Assembly (NCBI GenBank): GCA_001724265.1 | Contig: MEDY01000124.1 | Span: forward strand, 1 to 64,000 | Length of the DNA: 64,000 bases | Direction: 5' to 3' | Source of the DNA: Rhizaria sp. SCN 62-66 | Taxonomy: Eukaryota | The notes under the pieces: generated by a model | What the model saw: only the letters and a program-made list of their open reading frames with translations | What the model was told of the DNA's origin: nothing | Databases searched by the model: none | Shown here: in pieces, positions 1 through 13,600 of the stretch | Position numbering within the stretch: the stretch's first letter is position 1 | How the letters are laid out: each line of letters begins with the position of its first letter | Program-made: the position numbers and the translations under genes

Positions 1-54
1 TGTGGTAATCTAGGGATGTTTATTGGGGATGGGGGGTGCCTCAACATCACAAAC

Positions 55-124
55 CTGTGGGGTGGGAGAGGCAAACGGCCCAATTCGCGACCCCCGTGTC
101 AGCCTCAATTACAGTTGCGGTCAT
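55..124 (-). CDS. Possible first coding exon of a gene running off the left edge (MTATVIEADTGVANWAVCLSHPT...)
   Basis: ATG at 124-122, 23 open codons, then CAG|GTTTGT (possible donor at 54). It would be divergent from the gene at 1010, which fits the window's layout. No homology recognised. Confidence 0.3.
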
Positions 125-1009
125 AGCAGATGATAAGTTGACTTGACATTGATTCTGGCAACAGCTACGCATCGTGTATGCATATACCGGTTATCTTCTT
201 GGTTGACGTTGCCTCATCAAATTCTTGAGATGCTAGGACTGATAAGATTTGTCAGCCTGCGAGCACAGTGACAACATGCTAATGTGCATTCCCGACACTC
301 TTGTGCATTATCATGATGGGTAATTACATCGCCAGCACGGATATCATATAGATACGCGTTGTTTCATGCACATGATATTCTTTTATTTTCTTGTAAACAT
401 CATCTTAGGACATAAAGGTCTTGTGAAAGAGATGTGTGCGAGAACTCAGCTCCTTTATGACGGCTGTAGGGGATCAAGGAGATGTCAAACTATTGTATAC
501 GCACGTTTTTCGATTGTTTAAACTTCACAATTAACGCATTGTTGCTATTTTAATGATTGGTATACCATATATGACGCTATACACTCTAAAATACCGTGTT
601 ACTACATTGCCACAAGCTCTATGTTCCGGTGAGAACTAGGTCAAAGCTTCAACGCGAATATTAGTAATTCACAAACAAGTTAAAAAAAAAGATATACAGC
701 GCAGATCTTGTACGGATTTCAAATATGAGCATATCTTGATACACAACGCACTGAAAACTTAACCTCGTTCTGGTAGAAGGGGGTTGCAGAGAGCGGTGCA
801 ACAGTTTCGGAGCCGTTAGAGACGAAATAGGAAGCTTCTGTTGCGACTAATGCTGATCGTCAGACGCAATGATAGAGATTTATTACATTTTTCGGAATTA
901 TTGAAAGTGCATAATAATTATATTCACGCTAAATTTTGTCGATCTTCCTGTGATCTATCTTGTTTTGTTTCCGCTCGTTATTCCCAACGGCTATAGCCCG
1001 GTCAGGCCG

Positions 1010-4000
1010 ATGTCGATGAACTACGTCGACTCCCGCGCGCCCGTCCTGCACCCCGACTCCATGTCGCACGCAGCCTGGGCACATCTCGACGGATCCGCGG
1101 CCCCCGCACCCCGTCTCGCCACCGCGGCGACCGCGCCCACGCAGCCGCAGCGCATGCAAGCCAAGGCCTACAACTCCAACCAGGTCGGCGCCACGTTCAA
1201 CATGAACCACAACATTCCCGCCGACAACGCGCGTCAGCGCTACTTTGTCTCGCTCCCCGTCGCTACCGCGCCGCCCGGGTTTGTCTCCGTGATGCCTCCG
1301 CAGCCCGCCGGCTCCGCCGTGTACCCCGGCGCAGTGGTCGCGACCCAGCCCCTCCGCCCAGTCCCCATCTCCGCCGCCGCCGGTGCTGTCGCGCCCCACC
1401 TTGTCGCGCCCCACGCACAGCAGTACGTGCAGGGCGGCTTTGCGGCGGCACACTGCCTCGCCCCGCCTGCACCGATGCCGATGCCCGTGTTCACACAGCA
1501 GCACCCGCCTCAACAGCAGTTCGCGCCACCCGTGTTCATGCATCTGCAGCAGCCTGTCGCGCCGTGCCGCTACGTCAACGCCCCTGGCCCAGCGCCCCGC
1601 GTCGCGTCTGGCGCTTGCGCTGGAGTGGCTGTTAACGGCGTGCGCGTGCCGACCCCGGTGCAGGCGGCGCAGCTGGCGGCGCTCACGGCCGAGGTTTCCC
1701 GCCTCCAGGCCCTCGTTACCGCCCGCGACTCCCAGCCACTCTCTCACGTCCCGACTCAGTCGCAGCCTCACGGCGCTGAGCCCCAGTACGCGCCCGCGCC
1801 CGTGGTTGATAACGCCGCCGCCGCTGCCGCCACCGTCGCCGCGTCTGCCGCGCCTGCGGTTGTTAAGGCCGACCCCGCGGCCGAGCGCGCCGCCAAGAAC
1901 GCCGAAGCGGTGCGCCGCGGTCGCGCACGCGCACGCGAGGCGCTGCGGCAGCTGGCGGAGCGCCTGGCCGCTGAGCCGCAGACGACGTCCGAGGCCGCGA
2001 ACCAGGCCGTGCTGCGCGCAACCACTACGGGCACCAAGCGGCTCACGCGCGCGGAGCAAGATGCCTGCGTCGGCAGGCTCTACAAGGTGCCCGCCGCCGC
2101 TGCTGCGACTAAAGGCAAGGGCGCGGGCGGCAATGCCGTGCGCGCGGCGTCTGCGTCGCGGCCCGCCACCGCGTGCGCCGCCGCCAGCCCCCGCACTGCT
2201 GCTCACAGCCACGCCCGCGCGGGGAACGCAGGCGGTGTGGTTCGCGCTGGCACTGCGCGCGCCGCCTCCGCCACCCGTGCCACCGCTGCAAACACCAACG
2301 CCGGCGTGAAGCGCGCTGCAACCGCGAAGTCGTCCAACGCCGGCGCTGCTGCTGCTGCGCCTGCTGGTCCTGTGTGGGCCGCGGGCGGCGGCGGCGGCGT
2401 GCTCGCGCCCGGCGTCGGCGTGCTGTGCGCCGACGCGCTCGCCCGCTTTGCTCTCAGTAGCAGCGACACCACCCACAGCAATAGCAATGCTGTCGTTGTC
2501 AATGCTGCTGCGCCGTACGAATACGCCACACAGGACGCTTTCCACGCCGTCCCCGTGCACCACAACAATGCCGCTGCGGCTGGGTATGTCGCCGTAAGCA
2601 ATGGCAGCGTTGCCAACATTGTTAACGGCGGCGGCGGTGTTCAAGAGAGCCACCAGGGTGCGAGAGCGGCGCCGCGCCCCGGCAGCCCGGGCCAAGTGCG
2701 GTTCAACCCGCTGGTCGAGGTCCGCACTTACGAGCCCGCTTCCCACGGTCACTCCGCTGCGCCTAGTTACGGGCAGGCGGACTACAGCTACAGCGGCGCG
2801 GCAGAGTACTCTGCTGCTGCCCCTGGCGCTGCTGGTGCTGGTGCGGTGTCGCCGCGCGACCTGTACGCCGCCAACGCGCGCCGCCAACACTCTTCGTCGA
2901 GCATGGCCGCGGCGCTCTCACTCCCCGAGCCCGCCGCTCAAGCCCACGGCCACCGCGCCGCCGCTGCGCACGGCCACTCTGCTGCTGCGGCTGTGGCCGT
3001 GGGGGGCGCGGCGATGTCACCTGCGCACGCCTCGCACTCGGCCTCGGCTGCGGCGTACGCGCGCAACAAGCAGCTCGGCTCCGACGCTTCCGCCGTGCGC
3101 GCTGTTCTCTTCCCCCCTGTTGACGTTAACGCCAACAACAGCAACGTCAACTCGCACGGCAACCTTTCGGGCGCGCGCGCTGCTGCGGCGAAGGCTGCCG
3201 CGGCGTCCGCGGCCGCTACCGTCGCGGCCAGCGCCGGCGCGAGCGCCCGCGAGTCTTACCGCGCCCGCAGCGGCAGCTCCGTGGTCTTCGCGGGCGAGGC
3301 CGAGGCGACGGACGCCGACTACGCGCACGCCGCCGCGACCGCGGCCGCGGGCCCCAGTGGCGGCGGCTCCGCCCGCGCGCGCTCCCGCAGCCGCGAGCGC
3401 AGCGCGTACACGAATAACACGAGCATCGCGAGCGCCGACGCCTCCGGCGACGCGTGCGCGGGACTGGGCGCGGAGGCGGCGGCGCTGGCGGCCGCGTTCC
3501 GGGCACGCAACGCGAGCGACTCGTTCCACCTCGCCAACGACAGCGTTACCGTTGCGCCTGACGACACGGTCGGCCGCCCGCGGTCGGCCGCGCGCAGTCC
3601 GCGCCGCGACGTGCAGCCCGTCGCCGCTGCCGCGGCTTGGGGTGATGCGGGGGAGACGCGTCGCGCGGCGGCTGCCATTGCGCAGCGCAACAGCGGCTCC
3701 AGCGGCGTCAGCAACGCGTTCGCCGCGGCTGCTGCGGTGAACGCGGATGCGCGCAACCGCGCCGCGCAGCATGCGCCCGCTTCGGCTGCGGAGGACGGGG
3801 AAATCAACCCTCTGCTAGTCGATTCTGCGAAGATGCAGGCTGATTTTAAGGCCAGGAGCGCGGAGTTGGCTGCTAAGTATTCGCACATTTACGTCCCGAG
3901 CGACGCTGTCCGGGCCGCCAACTTCATCGACGACGGAGGCTGCAACCACTTTGCCGCAGCTGCTGCTCACGGACAGCTTCAGCAGCAGCCGCACCCGCAG

Positions 4001-5947
4001 CACTCGCAGCAACAGCAGCAGCAGCAGGCTGGTGTGCTTGCGGCGTGGGGCGACTCAGCGCGCGCTGCCGAGGTGTTCCGCTCTCGCGCCACCGGATCCT
4101 CCTCCGTCGCTGCGGCCATGTCGCAGCCCGAGCCCGACTCCGCCGCCGAGCCTGCGTCGGCACGCCTCGCCCGCCGGCGCCAGGGCCCCGTCCCGGTTCC
4201 CGCGGCCACGCGCGCGCAGCCTGACGCGGGCGCCTACTACGGCCGCCTCACCGGTGGCTACAACAGCGCGCGCAACAGCTCCCAGGTCTGCATCGGCTTC
4301 AGCGACGAGGGCGAGTGCTGGGACACCAGCAACGGCGCCGCCACCTACGCGCCGCCCGCGGCCGCGAGCGTGCCCGCGGCGGGCGTGGCCAGCGGCGCCG
4401 CCTCCGCGCGCGGCCCCCGCGGCGCGGGCGCAAGTCCCGTGCAAACCGAAAGCGCGCAGGCCGCCGCGCTGCTCTGCCCCGCCGGCGCGGCCGCGGGCGT
4501 GAGCGGCGCGGCCGCCTACGAGCACGCGCGCGAGCTGGAGCGCCAGCGCGCAGCGGCCGCGGCCGAGTCCGCCGCGGCGGAGCAACAGCGCGAGCGCGCG
4601 GCCGCTGCGCAGCGCGCGCTGAAAGTGCAGGTGGCCGCGCTCGAGCAGCAGCGGCAGGGGCTCGTGGCGCAGCAGCAGCAGCAGGTACAGATGCAGCTGC
4701 AGCAGCAGCAGCAGGCGCACGCGATGCGCGTGCAGCAGCAGCATCAACAGCGGCAGCAACAACAGCAGCAAGAGCAGCAGGACTGGTATCATCAGCTGTA
4801 GAGTGCTCGCTCGACCAGCGTTAGTGCCAACCCCAACCACGCGCACAGCGGCCAGCGCTGCTCCGACGCTCTCGTGCGCGGCCAGAGCTACGCTGCGCAA
4901 CAGAAGCAGCTTGAGCAGGCGCAGCTGCAGCAGCAGCGCGCTGCCGCGGCGGCCGGGGCGCAGGCCGCGGTTGCCGCGCTCGGCGACTAGGTCGTGCGCC
5001 GCCAGCAGCAGATCGCGATGCTCCAGCACGCGCTGCAGCACCCTGGCGCCTCCGTTCAGCCACAGCAACAACAGCAGCAGCAGCAGCAGCTCGGTAAGCC
5101 GCGCTACCTGCCCCGGCGCGGCGGCGGACTCGAACGCACTCCCGTCCGCGCCGACGGCGGCAGTTGCCCGTACACCAGTGCAAACACGGCTGTCGGCGGC
5201 GCAAACACTTTCACCTACGATGCCCCTGTCGCCGGCGCAACTGCCAACGCTGCCAGAGGCCCTGCCGCACAGCCTTGCGCGTTCACCGTTGCCGCCAACG
5301 CCCGCAACGGCGCCACCTGCGACCGCCGCCGCGCGCGCGCCCCCGTGTCGTGGTGCGTGTCCTTCAAGGGCCCTACGCAGGGCGTCGACGACGGCTCGGC
5401 GGATTCTGACTCCGAGCAGTGCGCGGGCGACGGCAGCAGCAACAGCAACAGCGGGGCCATTGCGGCCGCGACCGAAACGCTTCGGCAGCTCGCGAAGGAC
5501 CTGCAGGTGCAGGGCACTGCGTGGATGTCTCCCGCGCACCCCAGCAGCGTGGCAAGCCGCAACGGCGAGGACGCCATATCCTGCGCCAGTTCTGTGCCGT
5601 TCACGGGCTACGACGGCGCGTTTGCCCCGCAGTCCCCCGCCGCACCCGCGGCGCAGAGCGGTGCCCCGTTTGCCAGTGCTGGCCAGGCGCAGTGGGCTGA
5701 GGCCCCGCGCCCGCGGACGCCGGTGAATCTCGCCTCGCCTGGCCCGGTCACCGCCGCTCCCGTCTCCGCTTTCGCTCCTCTCTCCACGCCTGCAGCTGCG
5801 CCCGTGTCGCTCTCGGCCACTGTGTCTGCCGCGACGCCGGCCGACAACGAGGCTGCGGCTGGCGCCAATGGCGGTGTCAGCGCTGCCGAGATGAGAGGGT
5901 TTGACGTGCTTGCGTTCTTGGACGAGGCAGACGAGTTCCTCAAGTGA
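1010..5947 (+). CDS. Large Ala/Gln/Pro-rich low-complexity hypothetical protein (~1645 aa) containing two in-frame TAG codons (4799, 4988)
   Basis: ORFs 950..4801 and 4994..5947 share a frame. The gap translates ...WYHQL[TAG]SARSTSVSANPNHAHSGQRCSDALVRGQSYAAQQKQLEQAQLQQQRAAAAAGAQAAVAALGD[TAG]VVRRQQQ... with unchanged GC and codon style. Ends at TGA 5945-5947, where AT-rich sequence begins. First ATG at 1010. Confidence 0.75.
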
Positions 5948-6278
5948 AAGAAACACATCCACGTTCATGCAGAGCTGCAAAGTGTCACAAGTTCAGTGCG
6001 GATATTTTATGACAGATAATGGGTCAAAACAATGTGTATTTCGCCGTGACAAGTTATACGTTTGTTTAGATAGATAGCTAGACTATGTATGGCCACCTCA
6101 CATTCGATCACTTGGAGTGATCACTGTGATTGTTTAAGTAACGGTATTTAGTTAATTCAAATGAGTAAGAGCTCAATTCTTCGCGCTGGCCCATTGTGCG
6201 CGCGTCCAATGAATAAAAATAGTGTCAAAAATAAGCCCACCATGTTTAACATTAATTGGAAACATTGCAACAGAGTTC

Positions 6279-9200
6279 TTACTTGCGCACAAATCCGGCG
6301 TCGGTCCTGAGCAGCAGCCCTTGCCGCTCTAGCGCCTCGAGCGCGGCCGCGGCGACTGCGACGCTGAGCCCGCCGTGCACGATGCCGCGCGCGCGCTCGC
6401 TCAGCTGCGCCGCGGTCAGCGCCCGCGTGCTGCTCGCAAACCCGCGCGCCAGCGCCAGCGCCTCCGCGGTCGGCACCACCTCCGCCGCAGCCGCCGCAGC
6501 TGCAGCCGCAGCGGTCGCAGGAGTCCCGCTGGCGTCGTCGGACATCGCGGTCGCAGAGGCGGCCGCAGAGGCGGAGCCGTCGACGCGGGCGCCCGCTCGG
6601 CCCGCGGCGCCGGCGCCAAGCGCGGCAAGCTTGCGCGCCTCGGCCGCCAGCGCCGCGTCCGCGCCAGCCGCCGCGTCCCCGGAGTCGTCGTCGGCGGCGT
6701 TGTCGAGAGGTGGAAACGCGTCCGCGGTGACGAAGCCGCCGTTGCAAGGGACGAGAACGCCCTGCGTTACCCAGTATCGCAGCGCGCGCAGCGCCGCGGC
6801 GGGTCCCACACACACGGCGCGCGCCACCGCGGCCGCGGTCAGCGGCGCGGGGCCGGCTGCCGCGGCTGCCGCGTCTTCGTCGCCGTCGTTGTCGTTGACC
6901 GCAAAGCAGGACATGACCGCGGCGCAGAGCGGCGAGACGGTGAAGGCGCGCGTCTCCCCGTCGCCGGCCTCGAGCTCCAGCGTCACGCAGCCCACGCGCG
7001 GCGCGAAGACGAGCCGCCGCGACGGCGCGCTGCCCGCCGGACCTGCGGCGGCGGCGGCGGCGGCCAGCGAGGGCGGCGGCACCGCGACGGCGCGCGCCAC
7101 GGCCAGCGCCTGCGTGAGCACCGTGCCGGGCACGCGCAGCCCGCGCAGCGCACCGCTGCTGCTGCCGCTGCTGGCGGAGGCAGAATCCGCGGCGGTGGCG
7201 GCGGGGCGCGCGGTGGAGGTCTCTCCGAGGTTGGCGAGCAGTGGGCGGAACGTGTGCTCACCGAGCCCCATCTTGCGCTGCTTGAGCAGCTGCTGCAGAG
7301 CGGCGTGCTGGCGCTGCTCGCGCGCAAGGAGCTGCTCCTCCGCCGCGGAAACACCGGCGCACGCGCGGCGCCATGACGCCGTGCCGCGCGGGCCAACCAA
7401 CACAGCACCATGCGCCTCACTGGCGTCGTCCTCGTCGTTAGCGTCGTCGTCGTCGTCGTCGTCAGAGAGGCCGGTGGGACAGGCGGGCGCGACGGCGAGC
7501 TTCGCCCACTCCGCGGGCCACGCGGCCGTGGCGCCGACAATCACGGTCACTTCACAGCAGCCCGCGCGGCGCGGCGCCGAGGCCTGCAGCAGGCGGCGCG
7601 CCGAGACCAGCGCCGCGGTGACGGGCGAGTCGGGCGCCAGCGACTGCGCCGCGTCCAGCACGATGTTCTGTGAACGCACAGGAAAAAAAAAGAGAAGATA
7701 AAACATGAGGCGAGAGTGTAAAAATATAATTAAAGACAACACATATAACAAAAATATCTTGTCGTTTTTTAAGATGTTAAGATTAGGCTATTTGAGAACG
7801 TACGTCGAAGGCGAAGATGTTGGGTTCCTTGGTCCTGAAGAGCTCTAGCGCGTCCGCAGCGGCCGCCGCGCGGGGATCCGAGCCGTCGAGCGCGCCGCGC
7901 AGCGCGAGCAGCGCGGCCTCGCCCACCACGGCCGCGGACGCGCCGGCCGCGGCGATCAGCAGCGCCAGCGGCGCGACGCCGCCCGCGCCGCCGGTGTGCG
8001 AGTGCGCGCGGCTCTTGCGACCGTGCGCGTGCGAGGTGGAGACTGCGGGGGCGGGCAGAGAAGGCGGCAGCCAGCGCGCCTGCGGGGCCGGGCCCGAGGC
8101 GTCATCCTCGCCGTCGCTGTCGGGCGGCGCCCAGTCAGAGCCGCCGCCACTGTTCGCACTCGCGTTCACACGCACGCTCGCAGCGGCACTTAAAGCAGCG
8201 CGGACGCTTTTCTCTTTACTCTTACCCTTGCTCGGTGTGCTCGTGTACGCGCCTGCGCCAGCGTCTGCCTCTGCATCAGGGTGAGTTTGACTGGGCGAAA
8301 CGTACTCGGATAGAGCTGGCACAGACGCGAGCTCAGCGCGCTGCCGCTCGGTCAGCGCGCCCGTCGCGGCGGCCGCGAGCCAGCCGGCGCGCGCGCGGCG
8401 CGGCACCGCGAGCCCGCCAGCCCCGACCGCCGCGGCGGGCGCGAGCAGCGACAGCGGCAGCCCGGGCGTGTGCGCGGGCGCTAGGAAGGCCGCCGCGAGC
8501 AGCCGCGCGGGCTCGGCGCCGCGCGTGCGCAGGTGCGACGCCGCGGCAACCAGCAGGGCCGCGGTGGCGGGACCTACAGTCATTGCGGTGTTCGGCGACG
8601 CATGCGCACTGGGTCCATCGCCATTGCTGTCGAACGAGGCACCGTGCACCCATGCGACGTCATCGCTCGCGCTGAACTCGATATCGTGAACACTGTTCAA
8701 CGAGTCAGAGGTAGAGCTTGCATCCGCACTGGAGGAGTTGAAGCAGCCTAACCCAGAGAACGCGCGCGACGACAGCGGCGGCGCGTCCCAGCCCTTGGGA
8801 TCGGCCGCCGCGGCCGCCTCCGCGGCCTCGAGCGCGGGGACGATGTGGAAGAGCGCGAGCAGCAGCCGGAGCACCGAGCCCGTGGCCGTGGCCGCGTGCA
8901 GCACCGCGCGCGCCGCTCCCGCCGACACTGCGTGCGACACTCGCAGCGGCGACTGAGACTCTGCCGCGCCGTCCGCCGCGGCCGCAGCGGGGCCGCGCTG
9001 CTCGGCGGCGACGGCGGCGGCGGCCACGCCCACGGCGGCCACAGCGGCGAGGTCCCCGACTGCGGCCGCGGCCGCCGCGGCGGGGCCGCCCAGTCCGAGC
9101 GCGATGTCGACGGTCGCGGCGACGAGGGACCGGGAGAGCGCGGTGCATGCGGCGCGGGCGGCGGCGCGGGCGGCGGCGGGCGCGGCGTCGCGAGGCAGCG

Positions 9201-10152
9201 CGGGTGCGAGCGCGGCGACGGCGCAGCGCAGGCGGAACGAGAGCCCCGGGAGGGCGGAGCCCGCGATTGCGCCGGAGAGCAGCGCGGCGGCGGCGGCGGA
9301 TGCGGCGTCGGCGGCGGCTGCGGAGAGCGCGCGCGCGGCGGCGGCGGCAAGCGGGGCCGCGGCGCCCAGCGCGGAGAGCTGGAGACAGGCGCGGCGCCAC
9401 GGGGCGAGGGCGGGGGCAGCGCCGGAGAGCGCGCCGTCCGTGGTGACGAGGACTGCGCGCGCGGCGGCGGCGGCGAGAAGGCCCTCGAGCACGGCCGCGA
9501 GCGGCGGCGCGGGAGCCGGCAGCAGCGCGGACGCAACGTGGGCCTGCGCGCGCGCGCGGAGCCACTCGTAGCGCGACGCCACGGCTACGGTCACGGAAGC
9601 TGCGGAGAACACGTTAGAAGCGGCTGCGTTGCTAACAGACGACGTGAGGGCACTGGCAAGCTCCACAGCGTACGACGTCGCTGCCAGCTCTTCTGGGGTA
9701 TCTGCTGTGTTGCTCGCCAACAGCGCGGAGCGGCCGTGGGCCGCATGCGCGACTGCGAGGTCGAGGACGGCGGCGACGGCGAGCCAGGCCCGCGCGGCGG
9801 GCGACAGATACAGCGCGTCCGTGGCGGCGGCGGCGGCGGCGCAGGTCGAGTCGCGGGCAAACTGCTGCAGCTGCGCCGCGGTAAGCGTCTGCATGGGTGC
9901 GGAGGAGAGCACGGCGTACTGCAGCGCGGGGCGCGCGAGGTGCTGGGTGAGGGCGGCGACGATGGAGGACTGCCAACGAGCCTGCCACTCGTCGCGCAGC
10001 GCGGAGACAAGCTCGGCGCCCAAGAAAGGCGAGATAAGACCTGCGAAGTCACCAACCGATGGGACTGACTCTGAAGATGCCGAGAGTGCATCTGAATGTG
10101 CAAGGAACAAGTCCCATGCTGCACCGAGGTCTGGCTCGGGCAGGCAGGACAT
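6279..10152 (-). CDS. APC2: Divergent anaphase-promoting complex subunit 2 (cullin-like), ~1245 aa; exons 10152-7804 and 7667-6279
   Basis: Ordered APC2-like motifs: VLHAATATGSVLRLL (cf. LLHPG.. region), HLRTRG, WLPPSLPA (cf. WxPDP), LELFRTK, IVGATAAWP (cf. ILSxxFWP), RRLVFAPRVGCVTLELE..RAFTVSPLCAAVMSCF, ALRYWVTQGVL. A phase-0 intron joins ORFs 7783..10185 and 6279..7751. Stop TAA. Confidence 0.72.
7668..7803 (-). other. Spliceosomal intron (136 nt, phase 0) in APC2
   Basis: GAC|GTACGT ... TTCACAG|AAC, AT-rich; restores the frame (FAFD|NIVLD). Confidence 0.85.
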
Positions 10153-10681
10153 GCTATTTGCGCAGAGAGGAACCCGGGTATGCACGGAGAGAGATATGAA
10201 CGGGTATATGAGCGCCTACGAAGGAATAATTTGAAAAACAAAATGTCACCCCACGCAGACATTTAAATTCACCAGGAACTTTCCTATTCACAGACATTTT
10301 CTCGTGTTAGCCTTGTGTTAAATTGATGTCCTCGTTCAAATTTGGATCCCACAGTCTTCGAGGCCGAGCTGGTCTGCTGCGGAGGCGCAGCAACAAAGCA
10401 GCACTTTGTTGCTGCACAGTGCCAGAGGTACTTCGCTAAAACAGCCTGTACACTTGAAGTGTACCGTAAATAAGAATGATTTTGTGATGTCATATGTCAA
10501 CACGCATTATTGCTAATGGATTCAAGTGGAATGTTCCGTGCAACGAATGTTACACCTGGATGCCGTCTCACCTTACACTGACTTGAACATCGCTCCGCAC
10601 AGAACCTTATCTCGAGCTTTCCTTGCTATACTTGCACTGGCGTTGCAGTTCCGTAGCGCAACGTCCGTGGCTTAGGCAAGG

Positions 10682-13600
10682 ATGTCATCCCTGCCCCCGC
10701 TTTCGCCCACGCGGCGCGCAGCGGCATCAAACTCTGAGTATGGTGCCACAACATCAGGCTCCAGCTCCAACTCAACCGCTGTCAGCACATGCACGTCATC
10801 ATCATCTGCAGCCACCAGTCTTATTGCGGTACCCCCGCGCTCCCCGTTTGCGGCGTCTCCGCATGCAGGTGTGCCTCCGCTATCTCCGCAACACGAAGCG
10901 TCGATCGTGAGCTCCCCAAGTCTCGGCGTAAAGAACAACAGGCATGGCGACCCCGGCAGCAACAACAACTTGGGCAGCGCTGACAAGTCCGCCGAAGACT
11001 TGCCCGATGCTGTGCAGATTACGATCACGCCCACTTCTGTTAGTGTGCGCGCGTCCACCACGCGTTCCCCTGTGCTATCACCAGGATTCGATGGCGTGTC
11101 ACCGAACGCATCTTCGCAGCAGCAGCATCGGGACGCCACATCTGCCTCAGTCACTCTCAGCAGTCCTGTCTCACACGTGCGTCAATATTTCAATTGATTT
11201 TTTCCCACTTCATACGCTTTTCAAGTTACCTATACGCTTTTGACATGATATCGATAAGCATTCTCACTCACTTCTCTCTATCATGATTTCCGACTTGACT
11301 TTTGCTTGCCCGAACCCCACAGAGCTTCGCCGACACCGGTGCACCAAGCCACTTGGCAGACGCCGCCAGCTCCTTCCACCTTGCTTCCCCAGCCACGGCC
11401 GCGGCGCGCGCGCACACCGCGCACATGGCGTCGGTCGCGTCGCCCATGAGCGTCAATGGCGGCACGCCGCTCAGCCATAGCCGCTCCCCACAGCCGCGCT
11501 CGGCGCGCGCGCAGGCCGAGTTCAACCGCTCGCTGCTAACCACGCGCAGGCACGGCGCTGTAAGCGCTGCGCAGACGCCGCAGCCGCAGAGCGGCGCGGC
11601 GCACGGGCTCGGCGCGATGACAGCTGCGATGCGCGCGCGCGGCCAAGGCTTCCTCACGCCGGCGAGCTGTGTCGCGGGCAACATCAGCGGCGACGGCGGC
11701 GGCATGGCAAGAGCTGTGGTTGGACACGAGGAGGACGAGGAAGACGGCGGATGCGCGAGCAACACAGCGCACGGACGCGCGTCCGTTGCGAGTCCGCAGC
11801 ACAGCGCGCTGCATGAGGACAGCGGCGCACCTGACGATGCAGAGCCAGAAAACGACGGCAACGTCACCGACATCAGCAGCGTTCGTGCAGACGGCCCTGC
11901 TTGCTCTCCCACGGGAGCTCGGCGTCGCACAGGCACCTTGGGTGCTGAGAGCGGCACCGAGACCGAAGGGCCTGCGTCTGAGAGCGACGCGCCGCTGCGC
12001 AACGAGTCCCGGCCGAGCTGGGAAGCTAAGCCGCACTGGGATGACCGCGCCCCGCAGCGCGTCTCTTTGTCCTACGGGCTGCCCGCCGCCTCTGCCGCCG
12101 CTGCCGCCTCTGCCGCCGCCGCCGCTGCCGGTGTTGGTATTGGGAGCGCGAGCGGCGAGGCGGCTGCTGTCGCCGGCGTCAGCAGCCAGTCGTCGAGCCT
12201 GGATTCATACAGCGGACCTCGGTCGTACGACGCCTACGATCGCGATGGCGATGAGACCGCCAACGCGCACGCTGCAGCGGACACCACGAGCAGTATCAAC
12301 TGCAGCACGCGCGTGCAGCCACAGCCCGCAGCGCCGTCAGTGTCGCAGTCGATGTCGTCGCGCCTCGGCCGGTTTGCGCTGCGTTTGCGATCGATGCTTG
12401 TGCCAAGCAACTTTTTGTTCCCAACAATCACAAACACAGACGGCACGAGCAATAGTCCCATCGCGCCCGTGTCGCCATCTATGGCGCAGCCTCCGCAGGT
12501 CCGCATCGACCCTGCGCCCATTGCAGCTGCCTCAGCCGCCGCCGCAGCCGAAGCCGCTGCGGAGGGCGGGGAGCCCGTTCCAGGTGCAGCTGTGGTTGGC
12601 GAGCCTGAGGCTGCAGCGGACACCGCAGACGGCGAGAAGAAGCCTTGCTGCACACGTCGTCGCTTGGTCATCCTAGCAGCGATTCTGATTGCCGTCATCA
12701 TCGTCGTGATCGTGATCGTGCTGTGGCAGCTAATGCTGCTGACAACAATCAACGCTGGTGACGTGCGCGTAGCGTTGGTCAACACATGCGAACCCGGCGT
12801 GATTACGCTTGCGGTGCACGTGGGCATCCGCAACCCGTCGTACTTTGGCGTTGGACTCAGCAGCACCAAGCTTGAGCTCTACAAGTCAAAGAAACTCGGC
12901 CCGTTTACGTACACGGATGACGGCGGCAGCGTGAGCACACGCGGGAGCAACTCGTCGACCAACGCACAGAAGCTCTCCGGCACGGAGGGCAAGACCCCGA
13001 TGGTGACGGTGCCGATTCCGCACATCGAGCTGCCGCGTGGCAAGAGTGCGATCGATATCCCGGACCTGCGCATCCGCATCGGCGACGAGCAGGGGCTGCT
13101 GACAACCGCGCGCTACGGCGCGCGCGCGATGGAGCTGCCGCCGATGAAGTTCAAGATTAAGCTGCCAATCCACCTGTGGCTAGGCGCGATCAAGGTCCCC
13201 GTGTCGTTCCCGCTAGAGGGCGAAATTGGGCCCGACTTCAGCTTGCCGTCGCTGCCGGGCAGCGGGTCCCTAGACTCAGGCTCGCTAACTGTCACGGACC
13301 CCGAGACAGGGGAGGAAAGAATTGTAGATCTAAGCATGATGCGCGGTTTTAACCTCGATGACATTGTCGACTTCATGAAGTCTCTCACCAACGGTCTCAA
13401 GCTCGCCGTGCTCGGCTCAAGTGAGCGCCGCGAGGACGCGCTTGTGCAGCTTAGAATTAGCTCTGTGGGTCTCAGTCCCAACACTAACTTTTCGCTCACA
13501 ATCCCGACAATGCATTTCGAGGTGCAAGCCGTGCTGCCGTCGCTCGAGCCAATCATTGTTGTCAGCAACAGTACTGGTAGCGGCTCTGGCACCAACACCA

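Noticed and set aside
4685-4990. TAGs as 3' splice acceptors of hidden introns (e.g. CAG|GTACAG at 4685 to TAG 4801 or 4990)
   Set aside because: The segments are GC-rich, Gln-coding and lack the AT-rich composition and pyrimidine tract of the 11 real introns. Not formally excluded without RNA data.
929-5980. Long antisense and alternate-frame ORFs (929..2890, 4055..5980; likewise 24015..25385, 27671..29431, 55831..57618, 57287..58930)
   Set aside because: Shadow ORFs expected from very high GC and codon bias. They give Arg/Ala-rich translations with no motifs and overlap better-supported genes.
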